The translations under genes were made by a program, and so were the position numbers. This document shows positions 25,034-37,110 of a stretch of 64,000 nt of DNA, piece after piece; positions within the stretch are counted from its first letter, which is position 1, and each line of letters starts with the position of its first letter. Origin of the DNA: Mobula hypostoma (lineage: Eukaryota); NCBI RefSeq assembly GCF_963921235.1, contig NC_086097.1, positions 58,840,001-58,904,000 of the forward strand, in the 5' to 3' direction. The notes under the pieces were generated by a model that saw only the letters and a program-made list of their open reading frames with translations, was not told where the DNA came from and made no database searches.

Positions 25034-26946
25034 AAGGTCGTACTCATTGTGGGCTGAAGCACATATCTACGACCCAAGTAATGACTTCAAAATTGGAAAA
25101 GTTCCTTGCTACACATGGCCCTAGAGAGATGCTTGTGACAGACAATGGAGAAAACTTGATGAATGCTAAATGTCTGAATTCCTCAGGAGTGATGTGGTGA
25201 AGTGTGTCACCCAGCTATAAGTGCTTTGGCAGAGAGGGCAGTTTGGACTCTGAAAGGGTGAGAGGGAGTGAAGTAGAGACAGAAGTTGGATTTTTTATTT
25301 CATTAGCAAAACTCACTACGTACAAATATGAAAGGAATAGCTTCCGAATTATTGTTGGACAGACTGTCAAAATGAACTTGGATTTGGTGAAGCCAGAACT
25401 TTGCATCACTGTGTTCTTATAATAGTTGAACCAAAAGGAATAATGTGATGCCAATGATCATGATTGCCACTTTGAAATAGGTGAGTATGTGCTGGGCCTA
25501 GAAGCTTTCTCATCTAAAACGAATTTAGTAAAAATGGCTATATCTTGAAAAAGAGAAGCAGCAGGTCTTGCTCTACAAGTTAAGCTGCATCATTCTCACT
25601 GAACAATAAAAAGAATAGATAAATTCATAATGAAATATTAGTTTTACAGTTTTGGTATAGTACCTTGCCATATTTTTGTGTGCTATATCATATGTGTTAT
25701 GGTGTCAGCAATAGCGAGGAGATGTGGCATGCAAGGCAGACCTTAAGGCTTGCAGTGCTCTATCAATAGTACCACCCTCTAGTGGATGACTGTGAAAATA
25801 ACATGTCTTCTGACATGAAGCAGCACCTTTTAAAATGTCAAATCCTGAATGTGATATTACTCAGTACTTGAATACATGAAGCAGTGTTGCTAAGACAGCT
25901 ACATACATTAGGTGAAGTGAATGATACCTGCACAGGTGCTTATAGGACAGGGAGAGGGCAATTATGCATAATGCCCTGGTTAAGGTTTTTACTGCTAATG
26001 CTGTAGGGTATTTTATTTACTAGCTTTCTGTAGAAGCAGTGTGTCCTGCTGATGGCATGCTTGGGTTTCAGGTAAAGATAAGGGGTTGTGAAATTTAACT
26101 TCAGCCAATCAGGAGGATGGATTTGGGAGAAGATTCTAGAGAAAGCTGGGTGGAAAGAGATTTGTGATTGACGTTGGTGGGGTTTGTGGTCTTTTTGGCA
26201 GGAGTTGAAGAGAGGACAGGATAAAAGATGGCTGAGGATGCTGTGGGAAGGAGCATTCCCATTGCACAAGGTGCATTGTGCAGATGAATGGCTCCAAGGA
26301 GGAAGGGCCAATAGTCCAGAGAGAGCACACATATATTTGAGATGGATTTTGAACAAATGTTTGGGATGTGGCATGTGCTTTCAAGCAGACCAGGGGTCCA
26401 GAAAGTAAAAGACAGCTTCAAGATGAACTCCACCAATGTGCACTGGTTTAATTGTAATGGGCCCTTGCATTTTTTTTCCCCTTTTCTTTTTCCTTAAAGC
26501 CAAAATTTGTAAATATACTTTCTTTATAATTTTAAGTGGTTACGATCTGTTATTTCTTGCCAACCAACAACTGTGTATGGGCAGTATTTACACAGCATTT
26601 GCTCAAATCGAGGTTTCTTTAATCGGAACATCACAACGTTCCTGCTTGGTTGAACCCCAAATCATACTGACCCTAGATGCCTATTGTTCATGAATGCTGG
26701 CCTTCTCACCACTAAGTCCCGTGGCTGTTAGTGGGGCCGGCAACAAGCCAAGTTTCCATATGAGCCTGGCGAGGGGTTTTCATATACATTTGAGGAATGA
26801 AGCATCAGTTCAACGAGTCAATTGTTATGATTTGTTTAATCTTCACTAAAGTAACACTCGTCTTTGTCAAGTGAGATAGTCATAGGGCTGTGCTTAGAAA
26901 ATAGAGCTGTACAACTCCACAGTTATCTAACCTAATGGGAGAAGCA

Positions 26947-28035
26947 CACTCAGTCGTCACTTTATTAGGTACACCTGTACACCTCTTTGTTAATGCAAGT
27001 ATCTAAGTAGCAAATTGTGCAGCAGCAAATCAATGCATAATAGCATGCAGGCATGGTCAAAATGTCCAGTTGTTGTTCAGACCAAACATCAAAATAAGGA
27101 AGAAATGTGATTAAGTGACTTTGACTGTGGAATGATTGTTGGTGCTGGATGGAGTGGTTTGAGTATCTCAGAAACTGTTGACCTCCTGGGATTTTCATGC
27201 ACAATAATTTCTAGAGTTTATATAGAATGATGTGAAAAGCAAATCAACATCCAGTAAGCAGCGGTTATAGAGTCATAGAAAAGTACAGCTCAGAAACAAT
27301 CCTTTTGGCCCATTGTCCGTGCCAAACAATTTAAACTGTCTACTCCCATCGACCTGCACCATACCCTCCACCATAGTCCTCCATACCCCTACTCAAGCTT
27401 CTCTTAGACATTGAAATTGATCTCGCATGCACCACTTGCACTGGCAGCTCATTCCACACTCTCACAACCCTCTGAGTGAAGAAGTTTCCCTTCATGTTCC
27501 CCTTAATCCATGACCTCTAATTGTAGCCCTACCCAACCTCAATGGAAAAAGCCTACTTGCATTTACTCTATCTGTACCCCTCATATTTTTGTACACCTCT
27601 AACAAATCTCCTTTCTATCTTCTACGTTCCAAGGAATAAAGTCCTAACCTATTCAATCTTTCCTTATAACTCAGGTCCTCCAGACCTGACAACATCATTG
27701 TAAATTTTCTCTGTACTCTTTCAACCTTATGTATATCCTTCCCATAAGTAGGTGACCAAAACTTCACATAATACTCCAAATTGGGTCCTGTAGGTGAAAA
27801 TACCTTGTTAACGAGAGATGTCAAAGGAGAATATCAGACTGGTTCAACCTGACAGGATGACAACAGTAATTCAAATAACCATGCATTACAATAGTGGTGC
27901 GCAGAAGAGCATCTCGGAATGAACAACACATTGAACCTCGAAATGGATGGACTATAGCATCAGAAGACCAGGAACATTCACTCAGTGGCCACTTTATTAG
28001 GTACAGGAGGTACTTAATAAAATGGCTACTGCGTG
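26947..28035 (+). mobile_element. Tc1-family non-autonomous transposon, interrupted by a CR1
   Basis: TIRs cactcagtcgtcactttattaggtac and gtacttaataaaatggctactgcgtg(TA). Transposase N-terminal remnant SDFDCGMIVGA...SETVDLLGFS resumes after 27790. Confidence 0.85.
27268..27790 (-). mobile_element. CR1 3' fragment
   Basis: PNLEYYVKFWSP...VERVQRKFT...RLGLYSLERRR. Confidence 0.88.
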
Positions 28036-28334
28036 TACAATATCCAGAGGATCTGGATTCTGGTAGATTGTGAGTTGAACAAGTGGTTTTAAGATTCGCA
28101 GGTTTAGCAATGAGGATTAATGGGATATGCAAAAAGAAATCTTCTGTATATGTAGTACAGTAGAGAAATCAATGAATGAGCTATTTATATTCTTTAGTTT
28201 CTGCTTGCTGTTTCACAACAGACTAGACAGCGCTCAAACGTAATTAACTGTGCTATCACCATCACCCCTAGAGGTATATTTCAATCTGGCAAAAATAAAC
28301 GTCAAATCAGGGATTGAATTCGAGATGCTCATAA

Positions 28335-28545
28335 CAGAATAAAGAAATTCCTGCCGCTGTCTGTAAGGAGTTTGTACATTCTCCCTGTGGCTTTCCTCCG
28401 GGTGGGCCATTGTCCAAAGGCATACCATTCGGCAGGTTAATTGGTTATTGTAAATTGTCGTGATTAAATGGGGTGTTGCTGGGCATCGCGGCTTGAAGTG
28501 CTGGAAGGGTCTATTCTGCGTTGTGTCTCAATAAATAAATAAATA
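28335..28545 (+). mobile_element. V-SINE/HE1-like SINE remnant
   Basis: ggagtttgtacattctccctgtggctttcctccgggtg...ggttaattggttattgtaaattg, ending in (aaat)n. Confidence 0.6.
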
Positions 28546-28589
28546 AACAAACATCACAGCAGATTTAAATTCAGAGACATAACTGAAAC

Positions 28590-29265
28590 TAGGAGGGAGG
28601 TGAAGATGGCGGCATGATGCAGCACGTGCGGCCGCTCTGGAATGATATCTGTATTTGTTAAGTAGGGTACCACGCAGAATCCTGATTTGATGGAGACAGC
28701 TGTGAGAGCACGGAGGAACATTTGGAGAAACTTCTGAAATGCCCGCTTCACTGCCGCTGCTACTGTGCGATCGAGAATCTCTGGAGGGGAAGGCCCCAAA
28801 TCCTTGGCTTTGCCTATTGCTTGGCGGCCGGGGATGGGGTTGAAGTGCTCGGCAGAGATGGTGCTCGGTGTCGGAGGGCTGGTTGGAGGCTCGAAGATTT
28901 CGGACGGACTCAAGATTTGGCTGTGGTCGGGTGCTTCCAGGGTGCTGCATCGGCAAGTTTGTAGTGCTGGATGTTCATGGCAGGGAGAGTTTTTCTTCCT
29001 TCTACCGTCTGCGTGAGATGATGGGGCTTTTGAGAGACTTTGAGACTCTTTTTTTACCGTGCCCATGGTCTATTCTTTATCAAATTATGGTATTGCTTTG
29101 CTTTGTTGTAACTATATGTTATAATTATGTGGTTTTTGTCAGTTTTTCAGTCTTGGTCTGTCTTGTGTTTCTGTGATATCGTACTGGAGGAACATTGTAT
29201 CATTTCTTAATGCATGCATTACTAAATGGCAATAAAAGAGGACTGCGTGTCCTCATAATCTAAAA
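28590..29265 (+). mobile_element. Non-coding retroposon family B, full-length-like copy
   Basis: Starts gagtgaagatggcggc; GC/CpG-rich body; ends aataaaagaggactgcgtgtcctcataatctaa. Second copy at 58299-58844. Confidence 0.82.
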
Positions 29266-29274
29266 AAAATCTAA

Positions 29275-32240
29275 ACTGGTTTACTATTGTCATATGTATC
29301 AAGGTACAGTGAAAGGCTTGTCTTACATACTGATCATACAGGTCTATTCATTACACAGTGCACTAAGGTAGAACAAGTCAAAAATAACAAAGCAGAATAA
29401 AGTCTAACAGCCTCAGGAAAGTGCAGTGCAGGTGGACAATAAGGTGAAAGGTCATAGCAAGGTAGATTTTGAGGATAATAGCCCATGGTTTTGTATTAGA
29501 AACATAGACATAGAAACATAGAAAATAGGTGCAGGAGTAGGCCATTCGGCCCTTCGAGCCTGCACCGCCATTCAGTATGATCATGGCTGATCATCCAACT
29601 CAGAACGCTGTACCAGCCTTCCCTCCATACCCCCTGATCCCTTTAGCCACAAGGGCCATATCTAACTCCCTCTCAAATATAGCCAATGAACTGGCCTCAA
29701 CTGTTTCCTGTGGCAGAGAATTCCACAGATTCACCACTCTCTGTGTGAAGAAGTTTTTCCTCATCTTGGTCCTAAAAAGGTTCCCCTTTATCCTCAAACT
29801 GCGACCCCTCGTTCTGGACTTCCCCACCATCGGGAACAATCTTCCTGCATCTAGCCTGTCCAATCCCTTTAGGATTTCATACGTTTCAGTAAGATCCCCC
29901 CTCAATCTTCTAAATTCCAACGAGTATAAGCCTAGTCGATCCAGTCTTTCATCATATGAAAGTCCTGCCACCCCAGGAATCAATCTGGTGAACCTTCTTT
30001 GTACTCGCTCTATGGCAAGAATGTCTTTCCTCAGATTAGGGGACCAAAACTGCACACAATACTCCAGGTGTGGTCTCACCAAGGCCTTGTACAACTGCAG
30101 TAGTACCTCCCTGCTCCTGTACTCGAATTCTCTTGCTATGAATGCCAGCATACCATTCACCTTTTTCACCGCCTGCTGTATCTGCATGCCCACTTTCAAT
30201 GACTGGTGTATAATGACACCCAGGTCTCGTTGCACCTCCCCTTTTCCTAATCGGCCACCATTCAGATAATAATCTGTTTTCCTATTTTTGCCACCAAAGT
30301 GGATAACTTCACATTTATCCACATTAAATTGCATCTACCATGAATTTGCCCACTCACCCAACCTATCCAAGTCACCCTGCTTCCTCTTAGCATCCTCCTC
30401 ACAGCTAACACTGCCACCCAGCTTCGTGTCATCTGCAAACTTGGAGATGCTGCATTTAATTCCCTCATCCAAGTCATTAATATATATTGTAAACAACTGG
30501 GGTCCCAGCACTGAGCCTTGCGGTACCCCACTAGTCACTGCCTGCCATTCTGAAAAGGTCCCGTTTATTCCCACTCTTTGCTTCCTGTCTGCCAACCAAT
30601 TCTCTATCCACATCAATACCTTACCCCCAATACCGTGTGCTTTAAGTTTGCACACTAATCTCCTTTGTGGGACCTTGTCAAAAGCCTTTTGAAAATCCAA
30701 ATATACCACTGGTTCTCCCCTATCCACTCTACTAGCTACATCCTCAAAAAATTCTATGAGATTCGTCAGACATGATTTTCCTTTCACAAATCCATGCTGA
30801 CTTTGTCCGATCATTTCACTGCTTTCCAAATGTGCTGTTATCACATCTTTGATAACTGACTCCAGCAGTTTCCCCACCACCGATGTTAGGCTAACCAGTC
30901 TATAATTCCATGGTTTCTCTCTCCCTCCTTTTTTAAAAAGTGGGGTTACATTAACCACCCTCCAATCCTCAGGAACTAGTCTAGAATCTAAAGAGTTCTG
31001 AAAAATTATCACTAATGCATCCACTATTTCTTGGGCTACTTCCTTAAGCACTCTGGGATGCAGACCATCTGGCCCTGGGGATTTATCTGCCTTTAATCCC
31101 TTCAATTTACCTAACACCACTTCCCTACTAACAAGTATTTCCCTCAGTTCCTCCATCTCACTAGACCCTCTACTAGGGGACCATTCGATAGTCTTATAAA
31201 AGTGACATAGAATCTGTGCTTCTGTCTGGTGTTAGATGCTTTCAGGCTTCATGTTCAAAGGGAGAGGGGAGAAGACAGGATGTTCAGGTGGGTGGGATCT
31301 TTCATTACTTTACAGAAGCAGCAAGAATATAGAGTCCCTGGAGGGGAGGTTGGTTTCTGTGGTGTGCTGAGCTGTGTCCACAATTCTGTTGTGGTCATGG
31401 GCAGAACAGTTGCCATAGTAAGATGTAATGAATCCAGATAGGATGCTTTTTAAGGTGCATTGACAAAAAAATTGGTGGGAGTTAAAAGGGACATGCCAAA
31501 TTTCTTTAGCCTCATGAGAAAATAGAGGTACTGGTAAGCTTTCTTGGCTGTGACATCTCTGTCGTTGGAGCAAGGCAAGCTATTGGCATTGCTTACCCCT
31601 TGAAGCTTTCAACCTTTAACATAGACAGGAGCATCTGCACCGTCCCCTTCCCCGAAGTCAATGACATTTTCTTTTGTTTTGCTGACATTAAGAGAAAGGT
31701 TGTTGTCATGACACCATGTTACTAAGCTTGTTACTATCTCCTTCCTGTACTGCGATTCAAAGTTATTTGAAATACAAACCGCTTTATTATCATTTACAAA
31801 CCTGTAGATGGAGGTAGAGCAAAATCTGTCTATGCAGCCGTGAGCTACAGGGAGTAGCAGCTGTGGATACAGCATTGTCGACAGTCTATTGTTGAGAATA
31901 ACAGAGGCAGAGGTGTTGCTACCTATATTTACTGATTGTGGTCTGTTGGTCAAGAATTCAAGGGTCCAATAAATAGTGCCCATACCCAGTTGTTGGATGC
32001 AAAGGGAGGTGTTCAGTCCAGGAAGAGGAGTTTGAAGATGATCTTTCTTGGAATTACAGTATTGAAAGCAGAGCAGTAGTCAACAAACATTAGTCTAACA
32101 TAGGTGTTGACTGGCCATTTCTCCAGAGATGAGCTTAAGGCCAGGGAGATGGCATCCACTGTAGACCTGTTTTAGCAGTAGGTGAATTGCTGTGGGTGGT
32201 AGATATCTGGGAGGCTGAAGTTAATATATGCTACGACCAG
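29275..32240 (-). mobile_element. Rex1/Babar LINE fragment split by a CR1 insertion
   Basis: FLTNRPQSVNIG, WCHDNNLSLNVSKTKE, TLKSILSGFITSYYGNCSA; 3' UTR at 29275-29495 and 31170-31230. Confidence 0.8.
29497..31165 (-). mobile_element. Young CR1 LINE, 5'-truncated RT with one premature stop
   Basis: ORFs 30335-31156 and 29600-30334 are in the same frame, separated only by TAG; FADD present; (gaaacata)n tail on +. Near-identical to 58970-60295. Confidence 0.95.
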
Positions 32241-33269
32241 CCTCTCAAAACACGTTGTGAAGCTCAGTCCCATCCTCTACAACCCAAAATACTGTAGTTA
32301 GTTTTCTAATTTTAACTTAAAACTCAGGGAAAGAGAGTTAAGCATAAATTTAATTGCAACTTATAAAGTTATACATGAATCATAAAGCAACTTTGTTGGG
32401 ACCAATATGCAGAAGAATGCCAGAAACAGAACGCTGCTGTCAGAAGGGCTCTTGCCTCTGCAGAAACTGATGCAAACTGACACAAATTACAGAACTGAAG
32501 AGGCTGTACTTACATGGTGGATACAAACTAAATGCCACAGAAAGTTAAGTTTTGTCCATTTCAATCCAATTACCTCTTTTCCCAGCATGATAAATCTTAA
32601 TTACTGCCAAACAACCTCTCTGGCATTGAAAATTAACTGCTACAAATGTCAAATCTCATTTCTTCAGCATTTAGTTGTTGATGATTTAAAAAAAAATCTA
32701 TTGCTCTTCTTTCTCTAATCGTTCTTCCCTTGCTTCTTTACCTGATGTGACATTAAATTAACTGTTGCTGCTTATGTTTCCTGGTTCATGCTCCATGCTA
32801 TTTACCAGTCCTTCAGTCTGATTATTTGAGGGACTTCACAAAATCCCAGCTCATCCTGTAGCAAATATTTCAAGTTTTTTTCCCAGTGCAAAAAGCCACA
32901 CCATCAAATGGACAAGGGCATACACAGTATGATTAATAATGGGTGCTATTTCTTCACTAGTTACAGTCAGATTCTAGGTTAGTATTTCCATAACCTTTAT
33001 GAACACATTAAGGTTGAGATGTTGGTAAAACCAGCATCTCCACAGAATTGCTTTTATTAGCATCACTATTTTAATGGCCAAGATTTCCCTCTGATACTGT
33101 GGTACTTCTGCATAAAACTGTTATGAATCTCAAGACTCTCAGCAAAACTTCTAAGTCCCAACTTATCTCACTGATCACTAGCTCCAGACTACAATTTGAC
33201 ATTGGACTCCTCAAGGTCTAACAGGGCATAGATTCACAAATCACTTCTTTTGAATGGAGAACATGTTGA

Positions 33270-33830
33270 TGAAATCTCAAATGTGGCCCACCAGCAGCTT
33301 TACTTCATTAGAGTTTGAGGACATATGGAGTGTCACCAAACACTGTAGCAAGTTTCTACAGATGTAAGGTGCAGAATAGTTTGACTGTGCGTTACAGCCT
33401 GGTGTGGAGGCTCCAATGCCCAGGAACGCAAGAAGCTGCAGAGGGTCGTAGACACAGCCAGTTCCATCACAGGACAACCCCTCCCCCACCAACCAGTGAA
33501 GACATTTTCACAAGAGGCAGTGTCTCAAGCAGGTGGCACCCATTATTAAAGACACTCATCATACAGAGGATGCCTTCATCACATTATTACCATTATTACC
33601 ATTAAGACCTACACTCTACATTTTAGGAGCTGCTTCTTCCTCTCTGGCATTAGATTTCTGAACAGCACATGAGCCCACGAACAACATCTCCTTATTTGTC
33701 TTTTGCACTGCACCATTTATTTATGTTGCAACTTGTAGTAGTTTTTATGCCTTGTGCTGTACTGCTGCCACAAACTAACAAATTTCACAACATATGCCAA
33801 TGATAATAAACCTGATTCTGATCCTAATTC
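33270..33830 (+). mobile_element. Rex1/Babar 3' fragment
   Basis: LRTYGVSPNTVASFYRCKVQNSL; tail ataataaacctgattctgatcct. Confidence 0.8.
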
Positions 33831-35310
33831 TGCATGATCGGGTGGAATGAGGTAAATTTCAAGTAACTTACATTTATTCAATTATTAGAATTAACTTAAA
33901 AGTATCTAAGAGTTTTAAAGTATTTTCTAGTACTTTAGCGATCCATTATAAATGATCTTAGACTGTGTATACCAAGCTAGAATAGTGATAGAATGGTCTG
34001 AGGAGAAAACCGATTTAAAGACACATGCACCACCTTCAACACTCCAACACAGAATGAGTTAGATAATCCTTACAATCCTAAAAGTGAAATATCACATTTG
34101 AAATGAATAGTGTGTGCACAGATGGAAGATTATAACAGTGACTAATGATGGTTGCTTTAATCTTTTGGGCTAACATCTATTAATAGGCAATAGATGTCAC
34201 CTTGGCTATTTCTGAGTATTCAACTAACCTCATCTAGTGTGTGCATAGTTTCCCAAAGGACTTCAAAAACAAAAGAAATCATAGCAATCTCCAGCTTTAA
34301 CAGTTTACATGTTTATCACAGCAATTTTCAAGGTTCACATTAAACATGAAAGCAGAAATTATCTTGAGCACTGATTGAAGAAACTACAATGGTGAAAGAA
34401 AATTAAATCTAGCCCATGATTTTTTAGTTTCTGGAGAATAATGGGAGGACTCTGCAGGAAAGAAAGACAGTATTATACTTTCACTGAGTCATAATACAGC
34501 ACAGACACAGGCCCTTCAGCCCATTGGTCTATGCTAACCACAGCGTTCTCCCTACTGGTTCTAGCTGCCTGTATTCACCCCATAACCCTCCAAAACCTCC
34601 CTTTAAGTGCCTCTTAAACTTTGTATTTTAAATCACCCACTTCTTCTGGCAGCTCATTCGACATATTCACCAACCTCTGTGTAACCAAATGATCTCTCAG
34701 ATCTTTTCTTAATCTCTCCCTTTTTATCTTGTATCTGTGCCCTTTATTTTTTGGATTCCCAGCCCGGGAGAAAAGACAATGAACTTATCGATACCCTTTT
34801 TAAACATATGAGTTTTAAAATATATGATATTTAAACATATGGAAATACCTTCCATTATTGTATGTTCTAAAGAATAAAGATCCATCAAGGCTAACCTCTC
34901 TCTATAACTCAGACGTCCAGTTCAGACAGCAACCTCATTTATGTCTTCTATTCCCTTCTGTTTTCCGATAAAAGGTGACCAAAATGTACACAATACTCCA
35001 AGTGCGGCATCATGAACATTTTACGTAACTACAGCATAATGTCCCTACTCCTGAACTCTGTGCCCTGACTGATGCAGGCCAGCATACTAATTGCTGTCTT
35101 CACCACATTGCCTATTTGCATGGCTGATTTCAATGAACTGTGCACTTGTACGCCCAGATCTTACAGTTCCACAACACTCATCAGTGCTCTGCGATTCACT
35201 GTATAAATTCTACTCTGGACTGATTATCCAAAATGCATCACCTCACCCTCAACTGAGTTGAAATACATTTGCCATTCCTCAGTACATCTCCCTAACTGAT
35301 CAAGATCTCT

Positions 35311-36420
35311 TTCAAAGATTTAAAGGTTCATTTATTATCAAAGTATGCAACTCTGTAAATTCTTCTTCTGCAGATTGCCATGAAACCAAGAAAGAAAGAA
35401 CAGCAGCACGATCATCAACCGCCAGATCCCCCCTCCCCGCTCAAAAAAAACAAACCGAACAGGCACATCAACCCCTAAATCCCTCTGCCTTGCACACAAA
35501 GAAAACCTGAGAAAAACACAGAATATAAAAACTATAAGACTGGAAAAAAAAAGTCCATAGCCCGAAACGCAGAAATGTTGTGTAACGTTCTCTGGGCAGA
35601 GCAATCACATCCGTGATCAAAGGGCAGTCTCCCCCTTTGACAACAGAGCAATCCCACCAGCGATCAAAAGGCAGTCTCCCCCTTCCATAACAGAGCAATC
35701 CCACCAGCGATCAAAAGGCAGTCTCCCCCTTCCATAACAGAGCAATCCCACCAGTGATCAAAAGGCAGTCTTGCTTCTCCAGCAGCAGAGCGATCCCACC
35801 AGTAATCAAAGGCAGTCTCCCCTCCCCACGGCAGATTGATCCCACCAGTGATCAAAATGCAGTCTTTCTTCTCCAGCAGCAGAGCGATTCCACCAGTAAT
35901 CAAAGACAGTCTCCCCTCTCCGACAGCAGATTGATCCCACCAGTGATCAAAATGCAGTCTTTCTTCTCCAGCAGCAGAGCGATCCCACCAGTAATCAAAG
36001 GCAGTCTCCCCTCTCCGACAGCAGAGCGATCCCCCGGTGATCAAGAGGCAGGCGGCTGGTGCTCACCTTCCACATTCGCCATGATGTTTCAATCTCCTTC
36101 ACCGTTTTAATCAGTAAATAATGGAAGCTTTAATCTACAGAATGGAGTCAAATGTTGTCTTGTGCCTCATGCCTCAGCCTTCTCTCCACAAGTTTTCCGC
36201 ACACTGCCTTTATCTCCCGGAATCCTCTCAGAGACTGTAGAGTGCTGAGACAAACAAACAATCTCCAAACTGCAAATCACAGGCTCCAACAGTTCCAGAA
36301 TCACATTCAAGGCAAAAAAAAGTGCAAAAAGATATAAAAGAAGTGAAATATATGGTTTCCTGGTCTATCCAGGAGATGATGTTGACCGTAGGAGTGTTGT
36401 ACGCAGGCATCATCTTGACA
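35311..36420 (-). mobile_element. Non-coding retroposon (family A-like termini) carrying a minisatellite
   Basis: On the minus strand it begins caagatgatgcc and ends gataataaatgaacctttaaatctttgaa, like families A/B and Rex1 tails. Confidence 0.65.
35597..36050. repeat. Minisatellite, ~9.6 units of 46-48 bp
   Basis: Unit cagagc(a/g)atcccaccagtgatcaaaaggcagtctcccc... starts at about 35597, 35644, 35691, 35738, 35786, 35832, 35880, 35927, 35975 and 36022. Confidence 0.92.
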
Positions 36421-37025
36421 GGAAGTTTTGTGTCATTGTAATTCATTGCAACCTGCTTCATTATTAACAAAATGCTTCTAGTTTAATACCATCAGTAACC
36501 TTGCTAATTGTGCTCCTTATATTCACATCCAAGTAATTTACATAAATAATGAATTACAGAGGTCCAAGCACTGATCCCTGGGCACCCCATTATTCACAGG
36601 CCTGCTGTGAGAGAATCATCCTTCAACTGCCACCCTCTGCTGCCTATCACTGAGCTAGCTCTGAATCCGTCTCACCAGCGCCCTTTCATCTGTCACACAT
36701 TACGAATAGTTCAGTAATTCTTAGTTAAAATTATACTGAATAAATAACTTGATCTTGACTTCTCACGTGCAAAGTTATGAGGTCTAATTTGCGACAAATA
36801 TAAAGCACCTGTTTCTTTTTGTGCAGACTACCAATATAATTTAACATATATGGCGAATAGTTAAACCTCCGAAGCTACATGCGATTGCTGAGCCTCTCCC
36901 AAGTAATCAAAGAAAGTAACTAAATAACAAACAACAGGAATTCTGCAGATGCTGGAAATTCAAGCAACATACATCAAAGTTGCTGGTGAATGCAGCAGGC
37001 CAAGCAGCATCTGTAGGAAGAGGTG

Positions 37026-37063
37026 CAGTCGACGTTTCAGGCCGAGACCCTTCGTCAGGACTA
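37026..37063 (-). ncRNA. Minimal hammerhead ribozyme in the inverted pLTR
   Basis: Reverse complement reads agtc-CTGACGA-agggtctcggcct-GAAACGTC-gact, with a 4-bp helix I. Confidence 0.8.
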
Positions 37064-37110
37064 ACTGAAGGAAGAGTGAGTAAGGGATTTGAAAGTTGGA
37101 GGGGGAGGGG

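Larger units (their letters stand above)
19700..25500 (+). mobile_element. Ancient, highly degenerate Gypsy internal region hosting younger insertions (boundaries approximate)
   Basis: RT N-terminus-like DFSDEPGSIQDMEVKIYL...LEELMRLQE...IAPII at 20250-20450. Integrase-like LEKFLATHGPREMLVTDNG at ~25090-25150. Confidence 0.6.
34490..36690 (-). mobile_element. Old CR1 3'/RT fragment, split by the 35311-36420 insertion
   Basis: CR1-like antisense motifs ggtgaccaaaatgtacacaatactccaagtgcgg and ggtccaagcactgatccctgggcacccca lie on either side of the insertion. Confidence 0.7.

Noticed and set aside
25940..26790. Possible solo LTR
   Set aside because: Composition is LTR-like, but I found no matching termini, TSD or second copy.
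29577..30692. Long plus-strand ORFs (230 aa and 134 aa; also 59456-60160)
   Set aside because: They are antisense shadows of CR1 ORF2.
35597..36050. CRISPR-like array
   Set aside because: Units are contiguous with no unique spacers, there are no cas genes, and the context is eukaryotic; it is a minisatellite.
36980..37110. Novel N-terminal domain on the 549-aa PLE ORF
   Set aside because: It is chance read-through of the inverted pLTR from a TTG start.
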